From a virus (lineage: Duplodnaviria > Caudoviricetes): 64,000 nucleotides of DNA. The stretch's first letter is position 1, and the number at the start of each line of letters is the position of its first letter. Made by a program: the position numbers and the translations under genes. The stretch spans positions 2,042 through 66,041 of IMG/VR virus record IMGVR_UViG_3300036861_000572. One strand, given 5' to 3'. Of the stretch, positions 17,403 to 25,697 are shown piece by piece. The notes beneath the pieces were generated by a model. It ran no database searches. It had not been told where the DNA came from and worked only from the letters and a program-made list of their open reading frames with translations.

Positions 17403-17810
17403 TCAGGTCGAAGTAGGCGCGGCGGGCCGCGCGCGCGTGGTGCTGCTGCGCCTGCCGGGCGGTGCGCTCGCGCCGCTCCGTCCAGACCCTGAGCCAGGCT
17501 TGGTGGGCGGCGCGGTCGGAGGAGGGGGCTCGTCCTCGCCGATGACGTCGCGGTAGGGGGTATCCAGGGCCATATCGTAGGTGAACGACGGATCGTCGCG
17601 GGAGCGGAGGCACCAGATGATGGTCGCGCCCCGTTCGATCCGGTCGTCCATCACCTCATCGAGGTCCCGGCCGTCGCGCTCGGCGTGCATCTTGCGGGCG
17701 CGGAGCATGTCCCGCGGCGTCGTGTCGTCCGGGTCGAGGCTTACCCGGGGCGCCGGCGTGGCGGCGAGTTCGGCGAGGGCCTCGGCGGGCGGGGTGCCGT
17801 TGTCGGTCAT
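17403..17810 (-). CDS. tail assembly chaperone (G), with probable -1 frameshifted extension ending at 17296
   Basis: precedes the tape measure gene; overlapping -1 frame ...YFDLTRDEHDALTFAELRVYDDVM; CCCCCT at 17523-17528. Confidence 0.75.
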   Translation of the reverse strand: MTDNGTPPAEALAELAATPAPRVSLDPDDTTPRDMLRARKMHAERDGRDLDEVMDDRIERGATIIWCLRSRDDPSFTYDMALDTPYRDVIGEDEPPPPTAPPTKPGSGSGRSGASAPPGRRSSTTRARPAAPTST

Positions 17811-18328
17811 CTGCTGCGCTCCAGCTTGTCGCGGACGCCTTCGAGGATCCCGTCGACCGCCCGACCAGCGAAGTCCTCGTACGGCTCGATGGTACGGTAG
17901 AACGTCGGCCGGGACGGCTGCTGCACCCATGCCTCAGACTCATGGGGGCCGTAGACGGGGTGACGCCAGCGGCCAGCGCTGCCGCCACCCTCGTACATGC
18001 GGGGGATCGACCCGAGCCGGGGCGGCATCTTACGGCCGTCGACCCGCAGCCGGGCACCTGCCAGCTTCCCGGCGGTGCGGACTTCCACCCGGGTCGCCTT
18101 CGCCAGCGACGCCCGAATCCCCGGTGCATTCCGGGAGCGGAAGCTACGGCTGCTATGGCCCTGAGAGGGCCCGGCGAGGTAGGCGGCCTTGACCTGCTTG
18201 GCGACCGGGCGCAGCACGGTCCGCAGCGCACCAGTCAATTCCTTGCGGAGCTCCTTGCCGTCGGCGACCCCGCGCAGGTCCTTGGCGAGTCGCCGCAGGT
18301 CGCCCGCGTCACGAACCCGGATATCCAC
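17807..18328 (-). CDS. HK97 gp10-like neck/tail completion protein
   Basis: LRRLAKDLR...ELRKEL...RWRHPVYG...WVQQ. Confidence 0.7.
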   Translation of the reverse strand: MDIRVRDAGDLRRLAKDLRGVADGKELRKELTGALRTVLRPVAKQVKAAYLAGPSQGHSSRSFRSRNAPGIRASLAKATRVEVRTAGKLAGARLRVDGRKMPPRLGSIPRMYEGGGSAGRWRHPVYGPHESEAWVQQPSRPTFYRTIEPYEDFAGRAVDGILEGVRDKLERSR

Positions 18329-18417
18329 GTTGCCCCCTGTGCGCGTACGCTCGGGCCACGAGAAGGCCCGGCGCGGCTCGCGACCGCCCGGGCACGGCCG
18401 ACTACCAAGGAGTCGAC

Positions 18418-18687
18418 ATGTTCGAGCGTACCGCCCAGGCATGGGGCGAGCGTCAGCCCAAGCCACCCAAGCCACGCCGCAGGCCCCGCGTGCTGATGTG
18501 GGTGATCCTGGCCGTCCAGGTCCTGTTCGCGTGGTGGCTGCTCGCCTCGTTCAGCCCCTACACCGGCCCGGCACCGTCCGACGGTGAGGCGGTCGGCAGC
18601 GCCGTCGCCGCCGTGCTCATCCTGTTCGTCTGGGCGCTGGTCAACGTGATCCTCGGCGTGGTGTGGCTGGTCACGCGCCGCCGTTAG
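18418..18687 (+). CDS. two-TM membrane protein (moron, antisense to the tail operon)
   Basis: two hydrophobic helices; has its own promoter/leader cassette at 18346-18417. Confidence 0.75.
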   Translation: MFERTAQAWGERQPKPPKPRRRPRVLMWVILAVQVLFAWWLLASFSPYTGPAPSDGEAVGSAVAAVLILFVWALVNVILGVVWLVTRRR

Positions 18688-18748
18688 AGCTTGTCTTCGA
18701 CCGGTTCGTAGCGGGCCACGACCTCCCGCGCCCACACCAGCAGGTCAG

Positions 18749-19357
18749 CTATGCGGCATCGAACCTCCGGTGGCACGGCCGGCACAGTGGCAGGTAGCGG
18801 GCCAGGTCGAGGCTATACACCCGACCGTCTTCGTCACGCCGCTCGTCCGGGTCGCCGTGGTCGTAGCACCATTCGTAGGCGGGCTTGCCGCAATGCCGGC
18901 AAAGCTGCCCGCTGGCACTTCCATACCGCCGACGCAGCTTCTCGTGCACGGCGAAGTAGCTGATGCTGTCCGGGTCGGGCATGGCCCCGAGCGCGGGATC
19001 GCCGTGCTTCCACTCGCGCTTGTAGTGCATGAAGCAGAGCCCATGCGCATGAGGCTTGCGGTCGCAGCCGTCGAAGGTGCACACGGGCGGGTTCGGCTTA
19101 TGGATGTACTCCGCCGTACCGGGGTCGCCGTGCTGCTTCTGGCGCCAGTTGTGCATGGCACAGAGGCCGCGAGCCCTCGGCGGGCCGTGGCAGTCGGGGA
19201 CGGTGCACTCAGGCGGCGGTGCTGGGCGGTTGACCGGCTCCGCCGGGCCGACCTCGCCGGTTCGCCACCAGCGCAGATGGTGCAGCCCGCAGAGCTGATG
19301 CACCTTGACCTTGATCGGGCGTTCGCAGCGAGGAACTGAGCACGTACCATCCGCCAT
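18749..19357 (-). CDS. Zn-repeat HNH-like endonuclease
   Basis: three CxxxxC..(R)GLCxxH repeats, then SY.AVH..L....G.AS...C..CG..A.EW.YDH...YLPLCRPCH. Confidence 0.8.
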   Translation of the reverse strand: MADGTCSVPRCERPIKVKVHQLCGLHHLRWWRTGEVGPAEPVNRPAPPPECTVPDCHGPPRARGLCAMHNWRQKQHGDPGTAEYIHKPNPPVCTFDGCDRKPHAHGLCFMHYKREWKHGDPALGAMPDPDSISYFAVHEKLRRRYGSASGQLCRHCGKPAYEWCYDHGDPDERRDEDGRVYSLDLARYLPLCRPCHRRFDAA

Positions 19358-19457
19358 GCAGGCACCCCTCACGGTGTCGGCCAGGCCCCGGGGTCTTACC
19401 ACCGCCGGGGCCACTTCTGCGCGGATCCTACCGCGCACCTGCCACTGTCCGGTTTGG

Positions 19458-19940
19458 CTATGCTGGGACGGTGAAGTTCTCTGTCGGGGTTCGGGTGACC
19501 GCGAAGTTCACGGTGATCTTCGCGGGGTCTTCGATGCCTCTTTCCTTGCTAACCGCGCCAACTGTGACGGCGAAGCAGTCGGCCTTCCTTGTGGCCACAT
19601 CGCCCTCATCGAACCAAATGATAAAACCGGTCGTACCCCTCGGAAGGAGCGCGCGGACGTCGATGGAGTTGGAGCTGGCGTAGAACGTGAGGCTGCTGGA
19701 CGGGGCGGTGACGCGGCCACCAAGCTGCGCGGTGAAGACCGTGCCAAGATCCGGCAGGTCGATGAAGTTCTGCTCCGCACCCCAGCCGGATGAGTCAGCT
19801 ATCTCGCCCGAGAGCTCGCTACCCGCGTTAATCTCCGCGCGGGTCGGGGACAGGATGTTCGCCACAGCGGGCGCGAACGTTACTTTCGTGAACCCCGGCC
19901 TGAAGTACCTGGTCGAGGCGGTCATCGGGGTCGCTGGCAC
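19458..19940 (-). CDS. major tail protein
   Basis: PTRAEINAG.ELS.EIAD.SGW...PDLG..F...GR; actinophage tail tube type. Confidence 0.85.
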   Translation of the reverse strand: MPATPMTASTRYFRPGFTKVTFAPAVANILSPTRAEINAGSELSGEIADSSGWGAEQNFIDLPDLGTVFTAQLGGRVTAPSSSLTFYASSNSIDVRALLPRGTTGFIIWFDEGDVATRKADCFAVTVGAVSKERGIEDPAKITVNFAVTRTPTENFTVPA

Positions 19941-19943
19941 GGC

Positions 19944-20393
19944 CTATTCCTCGCTTTCCTGGTCGGCCTGCTCAGCAGGCTCTTCCTGCACGTGGCCGCG
20001 CAGCCGTTCGAGCAGCTCGGCCTTCGCCCCTGAGACGGCCAGGCTGCGGGCGCGCAAGAGGTCTTGCAGATCGGCGACGGTCAGCGAGTCCAGGTCGTCA
20101 GGCACTTCGCCCTCGCCCTGATCCTCATCCGCCTGGTCTTCGACGCGGTACCAGCCGTTGGACTGGTGGATCGGCACCGACGACTCCGGCACCTCCGCCT
20201 CGCCGGCGAGGGCGTGGCGCATCAGAACGGCCGGTTGCCCCTCGAACCGTCGCAGCTCGGCCGGCAACACGTCGCCGGTCTCTGACTGGCCGGGCTCGAC
20301 CTCCCAGCCGGACTCCTGGAGGTGTGGGACCTGGGAGGGTTGCGCGTCGTAGGTGCCGCCACTACCGGGGTGCCGCATCCGCACGCCCATCAC
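19944..20393 (-). CDS. SAP-domain protein
   Basis: LDSLTVADLQDLLRARSLAVSGAKAELLERL. Confidence 0.8.
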   Translation of the reverse strand: MMGVRMRHPGSGGTYDAQPSQVPHLQESGWEVEPGQSETGDVLPAELRRFEGQPAVLMRHALAGEAEVPESSVPIHQSNGWYRVEDQADEDQGEGEVPDDLDSLTVADLQDLLRARSLAVSGAKAELLERLRGHVQEEPAEQADQESEE

Positions 20394-20737
20394 GGCACCC
20401 GGACGACGATGACCTTCAGCGACGCGGTCGCCGAGTAGGACAGCGAGCTCAGCCCCGTCGCCGGGTCGCGGTGGACATCCGTGAGCGGGATGATCGACAG
20501 CCCGGTCGTGGCGGGGACCGACAGGGTCCGGGCCGGCAGCGGCGTCAGGTCGCCCTCGTAGGTTCCCGGGGACGCGATCGTGATCGTGATCGGCGCGCCG
20601 GAGGTGTTCTCGGCGACCAGGAACGTGCCGGTGCCGGTGGTGGTGGTGTCGCCGTTGGCGGGGGTGCCGGCGGCGGTGATCAGGGCCCGCAGCGCCAAGC
20701 CGGCGAGCGGGCAGACGTTGGTCACGAGCGCGGCCAC
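20390..20737 (-). CDS. virion structural protein
   Basis: AGGAGG RBS; beta-rich; neck/tail block. Confidence 0.65.
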   Translation of the reverse strand: MAALVTNVCPLAGLALRALITAAGTPANGDTTTTGTGTFLVAENTSGAPITITIASPGTYEGDLTPLPARTLSVPATTGLSIIPLTDVHRDPATGLSSLSYSATASLKVIVVRVP

Positions 20738-20749
20738 TGCGGCCTCCTT

Positions 20750-21211
20750 CTAGATGTGTGACGTCCAGGAAAGCTGGAATCCGATCGTCGCCCGCCTGGC
20801 CGCCGAGCCGTCGGGGCCGGTCGGGGTCTCCTCGAGCCCCGACGTGGCGACGACGATCTGGCCGGGCGGCAGGATCGTGCCGGCGGCTGAGCGGTCGGCG
20901 TCAAGGGCCGCTTCGATCAGGGCCAGGAGCTGCTCGGCGCGGTCGCCGGCGGCGTCGATGGCGTCCTCGTCGGCGCCGGGGCGGGTCACGATCACCCAGC
21001 AGGTGACGGTCGGGGTCTTCGCGCGGGTGGCGAGGCCGGCCTGGGCCTGCGGGACGGTGACGTCGCCGAGGATGACCATGTCGCCGGTGAACTCTTCGGG
21101 GTCGACCATGGCGGAGCGGATGGTGACGCCGTCGGCGGCGCCGAGGCCTCCGGTGGTCGCCAGGTAGGTGCGGATGCCGCGTTTCGCGGCACGGTTGGAC
21201 GCTGAGGCCAT
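20750..21211 (-). CDS. tail terminator-like protein
   Basis: position and size; coupled to the head-tail adaptor. Confidence 0.55.
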   Translation of the reverse strand: MASASNRAAKRGIRTYLATTGGLGAADGVTIRSAMVDPEEFTGDMVILGDVTVPQAQAGLATRAKTPTVTCWVIVTRPGADEDAIDAAGDRAEQLLALIEAALDADRSAAGTILPPGQIVVATSGLEETPTGPDGSAARRATIGFQLSWTSHI

Positions 21212-22119
21212 CAGGCGATCGCCGAGGAGCCGGCCATGCCGTAGAAGTTCAGCGGCCCGTCGATCACGCCGATGCCGTAGTGGTAGGTCATCCCGCCGCG
21301 GGACTGCCCGACGCGGTCGTAGGCGTAGGACGTGCCGTCGGGGCTGGTCCAGGACGTCACCGCCGACGACGCCGCCGAGGAGGGGTTGAGCAGCATCGCC
21401 AGGCGGTGCAGCGCCGCCCGGCGGACCGCCGGCGGGGTCGGGGCGTAGCCGTGGGCGTACTCGACGTCAACGTTCATGGTGCCGGACGGGAAGGTGCCGC
21501 CGGTCGTGCGGACCAGGATCCCGCCGGGGGCGAAGGCGATGTCGGCGAGCTCGGTGGGGGTGAACGCGACCCCGTTCACGGTCACGCTGATGACGCGGTG
21601 GGGCAGCATCTCGGCGGGGATCAGCCGGCTGGTGCCGTCGCCGTTGAGGGTTTCGCGGGCTCCTCGGGGCGCGAACGCGACCCCGCCGCGTGCGGTGAAG
21701 TCGTCGGTGATCTCGTCCCGGGCGGCGATCACGTCGCCTGCGGGGTACTTCACCACATCGGCGAGGACGGCGGTGCCGGCGACCTTGAACGCGCGGGCGT
21801 CGGCGACGGTGAACAGGTGGCCGCCGACGACCTCGACCCAGGTGGTGAGGGTCTCGGCGACGCCGCCGATGGTCCCGGTCCAGTCCAGCCGGGTGCGGGT
21901 CAGCTCCGTCTGCGGCGGGTAGGTGACCTCGTACTTGCCGCTGCCGACGGCGCCTGCGTGGCTGGCGACCAGCGCCGGCGAGAAGGTGGTGCCGTCGGGG
22001 CGGGTCGCGACCACCACCGGGACGGCGCTGGCGTCGAGGTCGGCGGTGCCGGTCTCGGTGCCGAAGACGACGGAGGGCTTCGCGCCCGACCGGACGAGGA
22101 TCCGCAGCAGGTCGGCCAT
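21211..22119 (-). CDS. head-to-tail adaptor
   Basis: VEVVGGHLFTV..AR...EYAHGY..TPPAVRRAAL. Confidence 0.75.
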   Translation of the reverse strand: MADLLRILVRSGAKPSVVFGTETGTADLDASAVPVVVATRPDGTTFSPALVASHAGAVGSGKYEVTYPPQTELTRTRLDWTGTIGGVAETLTTWVEVVGGHLFTVADARAFKVAGTAVLADVVKYPAGDVIAARDEITDDFTARGGVAFAPRGARETLNGDGTSRLIPAEMLPHRVISVTVNGVAFTPTELADIAFAPGGILVRTTGGTFPSGTMNVDVEYAHGYAPTPPAVRRAALHRLAMLLNPSSAASSAVTSWTSPDGTSYAYDRVGQSRGGMTYHYGIGVIDGPLNFYGMAGSSAIA

Positions 22120-22123
22120 CCGG

Positions 22124-22744
22124 CTACCCGGGGAGGCTGACGTCGAACGAGGTGGCCTGGTAGGTCCCCTGGGCGGCGAACACCTCCGGGGTGAACTTCT
22201 GCACGTCGCCGTCGCCGATCGCGGTGAGGTCGATCGCGGCGCCGCCGAACGTCGCGGAGAGCTGGAAGGTGTCAGTCGCGGCACCGACGACGAAGTACTC
22301 GGTGTCCTCCGCGAGCGGGGTGGGCAGGACCGCGCCGATCGTGGGCCACACCACCACCGAGTTGCCGTTGACCAGGCCGTGGCCGGCTGAGGTGATCGTG
22401 TTGGCGGTGACGTCGGCGGCGTCAACCGAGAATGCCCTGCGGGCGGTTGACCCGGCCGGCAGCCATGCCCGCTGCGTGCCGACCGTCTGGGCGCTCCACA
22501 GCCCGACCGCACGGACCGTCGTGGCTGGCACGTCGAAGGTGACCGCCGCGACGATCGTCTTGGGGTTCACCCCGCTGTTCCAGGTGATCGCCTTGCGGAT
22601 ATAGGCCGGGGAACCGCCGGACACTTCCGCGCTCGACGCGCCGAGGGCGGTGTGCAGGCCGAGCCAGAGCGCGGTGCCGGGCGCACCCGCCACCGCGCTG
22701 TCCAACATGGCTATCTTCGTGGCGTCCGAGATGATGTTGCTCAC
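22124..22744 (-). CDS. virion fiber/decoration protein
   Basis: LGLHTA...EVSGGSPAY.RKAITW...VTFDVPA motif with an inserted module (TDTFQLSAT.GGAAIDLT). Confidence 0.7.
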   Translation of the reverse strand: MSNIISDATKIAMLDSAVAGAPGTALWLGLHTALGASSAEVSGGSPAYIRKAITWNSGVNPKTIVAAVTFDVPATTVRAVGLWSAQTVGTQRAWLPAGSTARRAFSVDAADVTANTITSAGHGLVNGNSVVVWPTIGAVLPTPLAEDTEYFVVGAATDTFQLSATFGGAAIDLTAIGDGDVQKFTPEVFAAQGTYQATSFDVSLPG

Positions 22745-24490
22745 TTAGACTCCTCCGGTTCCCTCGGCGATGCCGGTCCCGGCACCGACCAGCTCAGCCA
22801 CGCCCGTGCCACCGCCGACGTCGTCGGCGAGGCCGGTCCCGCCGCCTGTGCCTTCGAGCCAGTGGGGCGCCGGGACGGTCGTGAACACCGCAACGCCGGC
22901 GGTGCGCTGCTGGGCGACGGCGGCGCCCTTGCCGCCCTTGACGACCGCGCCGGCGGTCTGGGTGCGCTGCTGGCCGCCGGCGGCCCCGGCGGCGCGGTGG
23001 ACGCCGGCGGCGGCCCCGGCGGCGCGGGCCTGGCCGCCCGTGGTGCCGCTCGAGGTCTTCTTCCCGGCAGCCTGGCCGGTGGTGCGCTGCGCCCCGACGG
23101 CGGGGCCGTTCGGGCCGACGAAAACTCCGCCGACGGACGCCCCGGCGGTGCGCTGCTGCCCTGCCGTCGCCGCTACTGCCTGCTTGCGGACCGCTGCGGC
23201 GCCGACCGCGCGCTGCTGCCCGGCTGCGGCACCGGCGGTGGCCTTGGCCCCGGTCGCCTGGCCGGCGGACCGGCCCGGCCCGGCAGCCGCGGCGGTGGCC
23301 TGCTTGCGGACCGCGCCGGCGGTCTGGGTGCGCTGGGCACCGGCCGCGGCACCGGCGGCCAACTTCGCCCCGGCGCTCTGGCCGGCCACCCGTTGCGCGC
23401 CGGCTGCGGCGCCGGACGGGCCGGCCGGGGTGAACACCGCGCCGCCGGCCGAGCGCTGCTGGCCAGCCGCCGCGCCGGTTGCCTGCTTGGCCGCGGCCGC
23501 GGCACCGCTCGAGCGCTGCCCGGCGGCGGCAGCGGCCAGGGCCTGCTTCCGGACGGCTGCTGCGCCGATGGTGCGCTGGACGGCCTGCGCCGCGCCGCCG
23601 GTGACCTTGAACCCGGCCGCGGCCCCGACCACCCGGCCGGCACCCGCGGCGGCACCCGTCGTGGCCTTCGCACCCAGGCCGGCGGCGGCGGTGCGCTGCT
23701 GGCCGACTGCGGCACCGCTGGAGGACTGCGCGCCGCCGACCGCGGCGACGTCGGCGGCGATGGCCGCCCACCAGTCGGAGGTGACGGTGCGGGTCATCGT
23801 CACCGACGCGGCGCCGTCGGCGGTCGCCTGCGCGGCGTTGCCGGCGGCCGACGCGGCCGAGCGGTTCAGCAGCCACCGCGACGTCTGGTTCGAGCCGGCG
23901 ATCGCGGAGCCGCAGCAGACCAGGTCGACGGTCATGTTCCCGGCCGCGCTGGTGACCGCGACGCTGGCCGGGGTGGCCGTCCCGATCGCGGTGGCGGAGT
24001 GGGCGATCGGGGTCGTCTGGTCGGCGCCGGCCAGCGAGATCGACCCGCCTTCGAAGCCCTCCCAGCCACCGCCGGCGACCGCGACGGAGACGGTGTTGGC
24101 GCCGGTCGCGGGGGCGATCAGGTAGAACAGCTCGGCGTAGCCGGCGGTGCCGTCGTTGGAGTGCCGCTTGGCGATCGAGGTGCAGCTGACGCCGTTGTAG
24201 GTGCAGGTGGTCGTGACGCCGGTGTCGGTCCCGGCGATGACCACGCCGACCAGCAGGACCAGGTTCGACCCTGAGCAGGTGTGGGACCAGGTGATCGGCG
24301 TCGTCGTGCCGGTCTGGCCTTGCCCCGCCGAGCTTGGGCCGACGGCGTCGAAGGTAACCTGCGCGCCGGGGGCGAGCGCGGGCGGCTGGACCAGCAGCCG
24401 CGTCCGGGCCAGGAGGCGGACGGTCTTCTTGTGGTGGGTGTCACGGAACGGGTACAGCGCCCGCATCGACTGGGATGAGATAGCCGGCAC
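22745..24490 (-). CDS. repeat-containing virion accessory protein
   Basis: beta-sandwich N-domain plus ~20-aa GAAAGQQR repeats. Confidence 0.7.
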   Translation of the reverse strand: MPAISSQSMRALYPFRDTHHKKTVRLLARTRLLVQPPALAPGAQVTFDAVGPSSAGQGQTGTTTPITWSHTCSGSNLVLLVGVVIAGTDTGVTTTCTYNGVSCTSIAKRHSNDGTAGYAELFYLIAPATGANTVSVAVAGGGWEGFEGGSISLAGADQTTPIAHSATAIGTATPASVAVTSAAGNMTVDLVCCGSAIAGSNQTSRWLLNRSAASAAGNAAQATADGAASVTMTRTVTSDWWAAIAADVAAVGGAQSSSGAAVGQQRTAAAGLGAKATTGAAAGAGRVVGAAAGFKVTGGAAQAVQRTIGAAAVRKQALAAAAAGQRSSGAAAAAKQATGAAAGQQRSAGGAVFTPAGPSGAAAGAQRVAGQSAGAKLAAGAAAGAQRTQTAGAVRKQATAAAAGPGRSAGQATGAKATAGAAAGQQRAVGAAAVRKQAVAATAGQQRTAGASVGGVFVGPNGPAVGAQRTTGQAAGKKTSSGTTGGQARAAGAAAGVHRAAGAAGGQQRTQTAGAVVKGGKGAAVAQQRTAGVAVFTTVPAPHWLEGTGGGTGLADDVGGGTGVAELVGAGTGIAEGTGGV

Positions 24491-24531
24491 GGCCGGTCCT
24501 CCCGCCTAGCCGAGGGGGACAGAGGAGCCGC

Positions 24532-24987
24532 TCATTCGTCGATCACCGCGTAAATGTCCAGGTTCCCGAGAGTGGCCCCAGTCGCGTTGCCGTTGATGAT
24601 CTGGATGGCGAAGGTTGCACCTAGGTCGATCTCCAGCGGCTTGTCATACCAGGTCCACACCACACCGGAGCCGATCGCGTTCGGCACCGCGTAGCGGCGC
24701 ATCGGGATCGTCGCCGTAGTCGGCGCCACTGACCATGCGGTGTCCAGCAACAGCGTCGCCGCCTTACCCAGCGACCCCTCGATCTGCGGCACGACCGGCG
24801 TGCCTGAGGCCGTGCCCAGCGTCAGCGACCGCGACAGGATGAACTCCGGGCCGGTCGTCGGCGCGACCGCCACCGACAAGCCCAACTCCAGCAGGTAGGA
24901 CCGGTTCGTGACCGGGCGGAGCTGCCACATGATCGTGTTGGCGGTGTTCACCCCGGCCTTGTTCGACGTCACCGAGTAGCGCGCCAT
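24532..24987 (-). CDS. hypothetical virion protein
   Basis: AGGAG RBS; beta-rich. Confidence 0.65.
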   Translation of the reverse strand: MARYSVTSNKAGVNTANTIMWQLRPVTNRSYLLELGLSVAVAPTTGPEFILSRSLTLGTASGTPVVPQIEGSLGKAATLLLDTAWSVAPTTATIPMRRYAVPNAIGSGVVWTWYDKPLEIDLGATFAIQIINGNATGATLGNLDIYAVIDE

Positions 24988-24994
24988 TGGGCTC

Positions 24995-25693
24995 CTATCC
25001 GACGGGCCGGGCGATGGTGGGGACGGGCACGGCGAGCATCTGCGCGCCCCGGACGGCGATGGACAGGCACGCCTTGAAGTTCGCCACCCCGACCGTGACG
25101 GTCGTGGCCGCGTAGGCGCCGGCGGCGGCGAGCTCCCCGGTCGCCACGGCGATGCCGCCGCCGCCGCCGGAGGTGACCCAGTTGTCGGCCTGTTCGGCCA
25201 GGTTCGCCAGCGACGCGTTGGTCCACCCACTGGCGTGGGCGGTGGAGGCCACGTCGGTCCCGGTCGAGCACGCCGCGACGACCAGGCAGTCCGGCACGGT
25301 CGTGGTCGCGCCGGGGATCGTCGCGGTCACAGAGGACACCAGGTCCGCGGCGGCGGCAGTCACGTTCCACGGGTTGCCCTGCATCGCCGCGCCACGGATC
25401 CCCAGGATCCGGCCGACGAGGTGGTCACCGGCGTCGGGCACCGTGGGGGCGGCCTCGCCGGCGACGGCGCGGCGCCAGCGGACCGTGAGGCGGGTCGCGG
25501 CGCCGGTGGAGACGTACACCGGCGAGCCGGCCACATCGGCGTAGCCGGCCACGGCGGGGACCGCGGTGGCGTCCTGGCTTTCACAGAACAGCAACAGCAG
25601 GTCGGAGTCCCACACCGACGCCGGCAGGCCGGGGCTGATCGCGCCGACGCCGGACGCGACGGCGCCGACGCCGGTCACCAACGGCATCGCCAT
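24995..25693 (-). CDS. hypothetical virion protein
   Basis: beta-rich; in an operon with its neighbours. Confidence 0.65.
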   Translation of the reverse strand: MAMPLVTGVGAVASGVGAISPGLPASVWDSDLLLLFCESQDATAVPAVAGYADVAGSPVYVSTGAATRLTVRWRRAVAGEAAPTVPDAGDHLVGRILGIRGAAMQGNPWNVTAAAADLVSSVTATIPGATTTVPDCLVVAACSTGTDVASTAHASGWTNASLANLAEQADNWVTSGGGGGIAVATGELAAAGAYAATTVTVGVANFKACLSIAVRGAQMLAVPVPTIARPVG

Positions 25694-25697
25694 CGAT

